Below, piece by piece: positions 50,401 to 59,400 of a stretch of 64,000 nt of DNA. The stretch comes from Vicugna vicugna (lineage: Eukaryota). The stretch is from assembly GCA_013265495.1 (NCBI GenBank), contig MU061578.1, positions 4,597,308 to 4,661,307 on the forward strand, given 5' to 3'. Under the pieces are notes generated by a model, which saw nothing but the letters and a program-made list of their open reading frames with translations, searched no databases and was not told the DNA's origin. A program made the translations under genes and the position numbers. Positions within the stretch are counted from its first letter, which is position 1. The number at the start of each line of letters is the position of its first letter.

Positions 50401-53400
50401 CGTTCTCAGCCGTGACAATGATGTTGAAGGTGCCGATGGAGCGAAAGGTGTAGGAGATGGTGGGGCCCCCGGGGATGGGCGTACAGCGGTCACAGAGGAC
50501 CCAGGAGTAGTGCACGTTGCTGCCTGCCTCCAGCACAGTGCTGAAGCTCACGCTGCCGTTCAGGGGCACCACTGTGCGGCTGGCATTGACACTGAGTCCC
50601 CGCACGCGCTGCTGTACCGTGACATTCAGCCAGGCCTCCCCCCGGCTCACCTCATTCCAACCGGCCACCTTGACAGTGAAGTAGCCCGTGCAGTTGTAGG
50701 CGTGGGTGACTGTGGGGCCCTCGAACTGCCCGCCGTCCCCCAGCTCCCAAAGGTAGGTGGCGGGGTGTCCACGGCCCTCAGCGGAGAACAGGTAGGGCTG
50801 CTGCAGCTCCAGCACGTGGGAGCCGTTGACCCTGATGCCTGTGAGCTCCACGGGCTCCTGCACCTCCACGAGCGCCGAGTCATTGGCAGCCGAGATGTTA
50901 TTAGACACAGTGACTGTCACCAGGTAGGAACCCGAGTCCCGGTACATAAATGTGGCCTCAGGGCCCCCGACACGGGTGGCAGCATCCTTAGTGCCGAAGT
51001 CCCAGGTGTACCGGTAGGGGAATGGGGGCCAGGCACGGGCCACCAGCCCAGCCTCGTCCCCGAGCTGCACGAACTGCCTCTCGGGCCACAGGGTGATGTT
51101 GCCCACCTCGGGCTCCACACAGACACTGCTGAAGTAATGCGCCTTGTTCACGTGGCTCGATAGGACCAGCGCCAGGGGGAATGTGCCACTGCGCGTGAAG
51201 TTGTGAGTCACTGTTGGGTCCCCCTGGACGGTCGTGTTGGATGAGCCGTCCCCAAAGGTCCAGTCAAAGACGTAGTGAGCAGGGTCCCCAGTGACATGGG
51301 CCGTGAGCCGGGCGTGGGGCTGGGTGGGGATGCAGAACACAGGGTCGATCCACAGCACCTCCAGGACAAAGACCTGCACAGGCAGGTTCTGGGCCAGGCG
51401 GCCGGCGGGGCTGGACGCGCCCACAGTCACTGTGCAGTTCTGAGCCCGCAGGTACACATGCTCCACCACGGCCTCAGGGCCCGTGAGCACTGTGCCATCC
51501 CCCATGTCGAAAGTCCATGTGACGTTGTCGCCTGAATCCAGGGTGGCATTGACCACAACAGGTGCACCCTGCTCCACAGCTGGGCTCAGGTTCACAGTCA
51601 AGCCACGGAGCTCCTCGAAGACACGGACACTGACACCTGCCACTGTGCTGCTGACAGTGTTGTTGACCTCCAGGCAGATGTGGTACATGCCTCTCGAGGC
51701 ATACGTGTGGTTGACCTCTGGCTGGGGCTGTGTCACAGCTGGGGAACCGTCCCCAAAGTCCCATGTATACAGGACGCCCTCGGGGGAGGGCAGTGGGTGT
51801 GGGAAGAAGGTAACAGGCTGGCCAGCCACCAGGACATGACTACCCATGGCCACGGCCAAGGTGGGCAGGGTGGCACGCACACTCACAAGCACCTTCTGCG
51901 TCAGGTTCTCGAAGGCATTGGACACAAGCAGGGTCAGGTTGTATTCACCTGGGGGACAGGCCCAGAGTGGGGATGGGGATGGGGCCGGAGCCACCGTCAC
52001 CGCTGCCACCACCACCTACTCAGCAGACTCCCCACCTAACCCCGTGTTGTGGGAAGGGGCCTCCTGAGTGGGCAGAGCAGGGCCCAGCCAAAATGTGAAC
52101 AGAGAATGCCCTTGGACACTGCCCAGGTGGTCCTCCCAACAGGTGCACACAGGGTGCCATCAGCTCAGGGCGAGACGCAGGGCTGAGGCAGAAACAAGAT
52201 GAAGAGCGATCATCTCCAGGTGCGAACGCACTTGGGGTAACAGGACAAGCAAAGGCACAGGGCTGAGATTATGGGGGCACCAGTTTACTCCGCACCTGTG
52301 TGTGTGTGGCTTCTGGAGTTCTAAAAATGACTAAAAAGAACCTCCCCTTCTCTCACAAAGAGGCTCAGGGGAGGAGACAGGAAGGTCCAGTTTCTGGCCA
52401 GCAGACTTGAATCATGGGTCTCCGAGGCCCTATCCACCCCTGGATACCCACTCTTCACCCTAGTAAGGGCCCTGGCCATCAGCCCAGGCTGGACTGGGGG
52501 GAGGCAGGACAGAGGGGCTGTCCCCCAGGGAAAGGCTGACCCCAGGGCAGGCCTTGCCCAAGTCAGACGCTGGCAGGGTAGGCCTGACCCTCACCTGGGA
52601 CGGTGTAGGTGTGTGTTGCATTGTGCTCCACCAGCACCTGGGCCACTGTGGGGTCTGGGACCTGGAAGGACTCGTTGTACGGAGGCTTGAACTGGCCGAT
52701 CACCTGCTCCCCATCCCCGAAGGTCCACCTGCCAGGGCAGAGAGCAGACGGTGAGCAGGCTGGAGGATGGGTGGGAGGGGCTGGCCACACCCATGGGAGT
52801 GGGAGGTGCCCAGTGGCTTGGCTACAGCTGCCGTCACTTCCCTTACACTTCCTTTCAGGGCACCACCCAGCATCCCCTGGCCCCTTCCCAAGGTCTGAGG
52901 CACCTAACGCCTCCTGACAGATGAGGAGGTGGAGGCTGGGGGAGAACCTGGTGCCAGCCTCACCCAGCCCCTGCTCCCCACCAGGCCCAACACACTCACA
53001 GGAAGGCCACCTCCACAGCCGAGTCCACCAGCACGTGGGCCGCCAGTGCCAGCGTGCCATTGGGGGGCAGCACGAGTGGCAGCGCAGATACCTGCAGGCC
53101 CCGCATCCTGTGCATCCGCTCCACAGTGACATTGTAGTTCACAGTGACATTGCTCACATGGTTGGAGGCTGTCAGCTGTGGAAACAGGTGGTGGTGAGCA
53201 GGCAGCCAGCATCCCACAAGGCAGCATGGACAGCACCCCACCCTGCACTCACCCATTGCCACCACAGGGTCCTCGAGAGCAAAGCAGAATAGAAGGCACA
53301 GGTGAGCAGTGGACACCCTAGCCCGCCCTGCCCCTGCCCTGCCCCTGTGCCCTTGCCCCCTGCGCCCCTGCCCTGCCCCTGTGCCCCCGCCCACCGAGAG

Positions 53401-56400
53401 CTTGAAGATGGCAGCGCTCTGGTAGATGACATTGAAGACCACGTTGTGAAAGGTCAGGGACTGCTTGTCATCAATGGTCCAGCGGAAGACCACGTCTGAG
53501 CCAGCCTCCACCACGGGGCTGTACCTCTGTGGGAAGGGCACTGTCAGCTGGTCTTGACCCTGGCCCCAGCCCAGGATCTTTGGAGGATCAACTCTGCCCT
53601 CAGCCCATGTCCACCCGCCTGGACACAGCTCTTTGTGGGGCTTCCAGGACAGGACCTCAAGACATCCTACAGCAGGGAGACGGGGAGGGCAGACAGTGGG
53701 TGGGCAAGGAGCCCCAGGGCCCCTCCTGGCCAGAGGGGCCACACGGAGTGGGGCCGAGCTTGGTCTTGGTTATACCTTGACCTCTCTGTACCAGTTTCCC
53801 CATCTGTCGAGCAGTCCTAGTGTCAGTGACAAAAAACCCACCCACCTCAGTCTCTGTACCTCTCCCCCAGGCTCCTGCTTGGGCCCCTTAGCTGGACAGC
53901 ACAGTGTTATCTGGGAAGGCATGTTCATCTCAATGGGCCCCATGATTCTTGATGTTTACCTGCATCACCTGATAGAACAGGTGTGACCACAGGAAGCCAG
54001 GGGACACAAATTGTACAATGGCCCCTGTGCAAAGGCTGCATAAATGGTGGCTGCCTTGTGCAGGTGGGCACCCAAAGTGGCACCAACAGTGGCCAGATGG
54101 CATCAGACCCTCCCCTCAAAAAGTGCTCACTAGCCACATGGGGATATAGCAGGGGCTCTGAAAACATACCCAGGATCGGTGAGGTCAGAGCTGGGTGAGA
54201 AACTCAATGATTTGTTCAGAAAAACGTGAGAGCAGAAGGAAGCATTTTCAGAGCAACTGTTTTAGAGGTGACTTTCCAGTAACGTACGAATCAATGAACA
54301 GCCTGAGAAGCCACCTGACAGGACCTTCCCAGAAACTGACACGGAGCCCACTGTCCCTGGCGACCAAGTGCTTTCTTCACTGGGGAGGGGCTGCCCTCTG
54401 CAAAAGCAACTCGTCTCAATAGGGGTTGGGTCGACCCTCCAGCCACTCACCACCAAGACACCCTGCAGCACGCGGGCCTCAGGGCTGGGCATGGCGCGGA
54501 GGCCACGGATGGGCTCCTCAGCCTTCACCTGCAGGCTGAGGTCGGCTCGGCCGGCACCATTCTCCACCACAATGTCCACCTCATGTTCACCCTCACTGAG
54601 CCTGGGCAACTCCAGCACCGAGAATAGGGTGGCGTTGGCCTCGTGGGTACAGCCAGGCACCAGGGCAGCCACCATGGTAGGGCAAGTGGCCTCAAAGGGT
54701 GCGCTGACATTGCCCCCTGGCCAGCGTACTGTAGCCGTGGCATTGGCACCGGAGTCCACCTGGAGCACCATGAGCGAGCCATTGGTGGGCATGAAGATGC
54801 GGCTGTCGTCGGGGGTGGGGTAGATGACCCGAAGCCCGGCCACCGGGGAAAGCACATCAAAGCTGCAGGACAGGTTCTGCCTGGACACGTGGTTGCCCAC
54901 TGTGGCCCTGACCTCATAGTGCCCGGGCTGCTGCAGCCCCGGGTTGGGGCTCAGGCCTAGCAGAGGGGTGAGCTGCTCTGTGGCAGCAAGCAGCCGCAGG
55001 GCACAAGCAGGGCCAGTCGGGGCCACCTCTAGCTGGGCAGGCAGGTGGGCCAGCCAGGCTGAGACGTTGGTGAAGAAGTATGGGACCTCGGGGCCAGGGT
55101 GGCCGAGTGCCTGGGGGCAGTGCAGGAAGGTGCCTGGTCCAGCATCATGTTGCAAGCTGATGAGGTCACCAGGGAGCAGGGGGCTGTCTTGGCCATGGAA
55201 GGTGACCTACAGGAGAGGGAGGTGGGGCCATGTCAGGTTCTCACAGTGGGCCACCACTGATAGGGGCCTATAGGGGAACACTGGTCTGGGGTTCCAGTAG
55301 GCAAGCAAGATCCCCCTGGGGGTAATCCAGAGTCACCCCCCTACAGGGGTCTTAACACTCGTCAGTCACTCACACGCCACCAGGCTTTGCAGGGACCCCC
55401 TTGACACTCAAGGCAGGGACAGATGGAACACACACAGCAGAGTATGTAAGCAGGGTTGGGGATTCTCTGGACAGGGACACTTGTGGCCAAGACTTCAATG
55501 ATGGGAAGGAGCAAACCACACCCAGAAAGGGGGAGAGTCCTCATTAAAAGGCAAGTGCCAAGGCCCAGGGGCAGAAGCGTCCTATGTCAGGAGATGAAGG
55601 CAGCCACTGCCACATGGGAGAGGGGACAAGGGACCTGGTGGGCTGTGCAGAAGAATTTGCATTTTGTCTGTGTTTAATGAGGAGACCTGGATCTCAGGCA
55701 GCTAAAGGAAAGGCAGAAAGCACCCAGGCCAGTGACACACACCGAGTACTGGGTGGGGGGACCTGCAGGCACGGAGAAGAGGAACTCTTTCCACAGTGCA
55801 TAGGAGACATCAGGGAGCCCCAGCCCTGATGTGGACCCATTGGCACAGGCCTGGAGGTGGCAGGGGGCATCCAGCGGCAGACAGATGTTGGATCTGGGGC
55901 ACTGGTGTTCTTCCGGTATACATGAAGGGGCTGGCTCAGTCCTGTTCTCCAGGGACCTACTCTGGGGATCACTGATGTTTTCTGGGGCCCCTACAAGGAA
56001 AGGAAGTGGGGTCAGGCATCCCACTAGGACACAAGGTTTTGCCAGGCAGTACCCCTAGCCCCCACCATCACTCCTCTAACCCTGACACCAGGTCAGCTGA
56101 CTGACCTTGGTGAGTCCTTCACCCAGGCAGGCCCACCCAATCTGTCCTTGGGATCCCCAGGATAAGGTGGCTTCTCTGTGGACCCCACTCTGTCCACCTT
56201 GAGGCTGGAGACCAGTCCAGTGGGTGAGGGGTAAGCAGATACAACACTGCCGAGAGTCGTTTGAGTCCCCCAATTCCCACTGCCAGGATGGAGTCCCACC
56301 TGCTCCTTCCATGGGCCGGTACACCTGCAGCCGCAGCTGGGCGGGCTGGCTGAGATCCTGGGTCCCAAACTCAGCAGAAGTGAGGAAGGCTTCACGGCTC

Positions 56401-59400
56401 AGGCTCAGGCCAGGGAACACCATCACCTAGCGGGGCAGGGGGGCCGCTCAGCTCCACAGACCCTGGCCCTCAGCCTGGCCCTACCCCGAGGCCCAAACAC
56501 CCACCAGGTCAGAGGGGAGAAGCCACGAGATGGGCCTTCAAGAGGCCCCCATGAGCCTTGTTTCACACAGTGGGAAACAATGTCACTCGGGAGAAAAAAT
56601 CAGTTCAAAACCATCTGTGAGTAATAGGAACCCCACCTTCATTTTCAAAAAGTCCCCAAGCACCAAGACAAAAGGCTCAGGAGCATTTGGGGCTCTCCCA
56701 GACACCAGGATAGGGGCCTTCTACTCTCTGCACTGTGCTGGGGTTTCTAAACTCTCTACTGGACACAGGACCATAACAAGGCTTCTGGTTTCTCAAAGAC
56801 AGACAGCAGCCAGGGTGAGGCACAGTCTCTAGACTGCATCCTGGAGGGCCAGGGGGCCAGCCTACCTCGACGGGCTCCCGGGGGGCTGAGAGGGCCTCCT
56901 GCTGTGCCAGGGGGCTCAGGGGCCCCTGCAGGTCCCCCCTGGGTGCTCCCACGAGGAAGTTCTCTGCATCCCGCACGGGGCCTGGAGTGCAAGTGTGCAA
57001 TGAGGTGCTGGTCCCCAGCGGAAGAATAGAGTGTTGGGGGCCCAGGGTGGGGCCAGACCTGGGACTGAGCCACCTGGCAACAGCCCCTGGCTCCCTTCAC
57101 CTGTTTCATCTGGTCCAGGACAGAAGGCACTCAGCAAACACCTAACCAACACTGAACAGCTAAGGAATGAACCTGTGGTGCCAGGTGGCAGCTGTCCTGG
57201 CCGGGACTGGGGGGCTCCCAGTGTGGCCAGGAGACCCCATGTGCTTTAGGGGGGAAGGGGTGTCTTGAGCCAGGGCAGCAGGTGCTCCCCAGCCCCCAGG
57301 GGCCCCAGCGAACCTCCAGGCTGCAGCTCACAGACATAGCTGTGCGGCACCGAGCACAGGTCCGTGTTGCACTGCCCAGCAGGCCCAAGCCTCACACAGC
57401 GCTCAGCCGTGGCAGGGTGTGGCTCCCCCGGCAGCCAGTTCTGGCAGCTTTCCAGGCTGAAGGCCTCGCCCTGCGGCGCTGGGCCCACCTCAGCTCCCTC
57501 CACAGCAGAGAAGCCGATCCACACGTCCAGGCTCCTGCAGGCAGACAGTGGGAAGGGCAGGCACTCAGGGGCTCCCCAGAGACAAGCATCTCCCATCTTC
57601 CCTCTTTCTGAGGGCACCTCCTCAAAGCAGTTGATCAGGTGGGCCCCATCTGTCTCTACCTTCCAAATGGGGAAACTGAGGCTCAGAGATATGATGTGGC
57701 AAGCAGGGCCCACAGCAGTGCCTACCCAACCACCCATCCCAAAGGGCCAGGGGCCCAGCTGAGAGATCCCCACAGGGCCCCATCGCCATCTGGACAAGGG
57801 CCCTGCAGATCTGACCCATGTGCTGAGGGGAGGCTCCAGGTGCAGTATTTGGGGACCAAGACATCCACATATCAGCCCCCACAGCTCTGTCAAGGCAAAG
57901 ACCCTCCTGGAGGCAAGGTTTGTAGATACAAGGACGGGGATATACATGTGGACAGAGACAGGCAGAGGGACAGAGGGACAGGGACAGGCACAGGAAGGGG
58001 AGTGAAGTGCTGTGGCCAGAGCTGGGCCCTTAACCACGTGACCCTGGGCAGGGGCTCTGACCGCTCAGGCCTTGGTTTCCCGCTCCGGACACTGAGGACA
58101 TTCAGGGTGATGCACAGCCTCTTCAGCCCATTCCCAAGCAGGGACCCCAGGAGAGAAGGGGGTTCAGCCTCCACCCCTCCTGCCACCAGCCATGGCAGGT
58201 GCTGAAGGCCAAGCTGAGACCCGGTGGGGCTACCCACGGTGACTATACTACCAAGCATGCTTCCTCACAGGCCTGGGCAGTGAGTGCGTTTAAGAGGCCC
58301 TGTGTGTGGGCAGCGTGCGGCAGCACTGAGCGCCCAGTAGTGGGTAGTGTGCGGAGCAGAAAGCAGGGAAGCCTCCTCAGTCACACCAGAATCTTGCCTG
58401 CCCCTGCCAAGAGGGGCCTGGCATGGGACAGATGGGAGACAGGGTCTAGGGTGCACCTCCAACAGCTGGCACATCCTCCACCTCTGTGTCCACATCTGTA
58501 TCAGGAGAGCCAACAGGCCGGCCGGCTGGCCCCTCCAGATGCTCCGATCTGCTCAGGCTCCACCCCCATCCCAGCATTCTAGGGACCCCTCTACCTCCCA
58601 GCCTCTCTGAGGACCAGAAGCACTTGGACAGGCACCTGGTGACACGGGAGACCAGGAAGTGCTGGACAGCAGGACTGTCCACCATGGCCAGGGCAGCCCC
58701 AGCCCAGGACCGGCACCGCTCCTGCGCCTGCAGCCAGGCTGCCTTCTCTGCCACCAGGCGGTAGCAGTGCCCATTACCAGGGAAGATCTCAGTGTCCGAG
58801 GGGCAGAGCGGATGCACCACTGGTGGGGAGGAGCAGAGGGCAGAAAGACATTAACATGTGCCCCACGGAGGCTGCCCCTCCCTGACTTGGGCCCACTGGC
58901 GGGGTGGCCCCACCTTGGGCTGGCTCCTCTCCCAGGGCTACGATGCTGTAGGCAGCCTGGAGGCTGGAGCCGCCTCGGTTTCGGACCCCGAACTGCAGGG
59001 TCTCGTCACTGCGCACCGAGGCCAGACAGATGAGCTCCAGGGCTGCGGGAGCGGCCTCCACCTGTACCTCCGCCCCCAATCGAGCAGAGCCATCCCCCAG
59101 GGCCAGCACAGCTGTCACATGATAGTGCCCAGGCAGCATGTAGCAGTGATTAGCCTCCTGGCCAGCAACATCCACCTCAGGGGAGCCATCGCCAAAGTCC
59201 CAGCGGGTGGAGCTAACAGGCAGTGGGGCAGACACATGGAAGGCTGCTGGCTGACCAGAGGCCAGGGGTCCTCGGGGCCCCACCAGGGCAGCCCCTGGGG
59301 AGGCAGGGAAGATGTTCTGGAGAAGGGTGGGGCCCCCACAGGTGGGGGTGGGGGACAGCGGGGGGCTGGAGCAGAAGGGCAGGCAGGCAGAAGAGGCATT

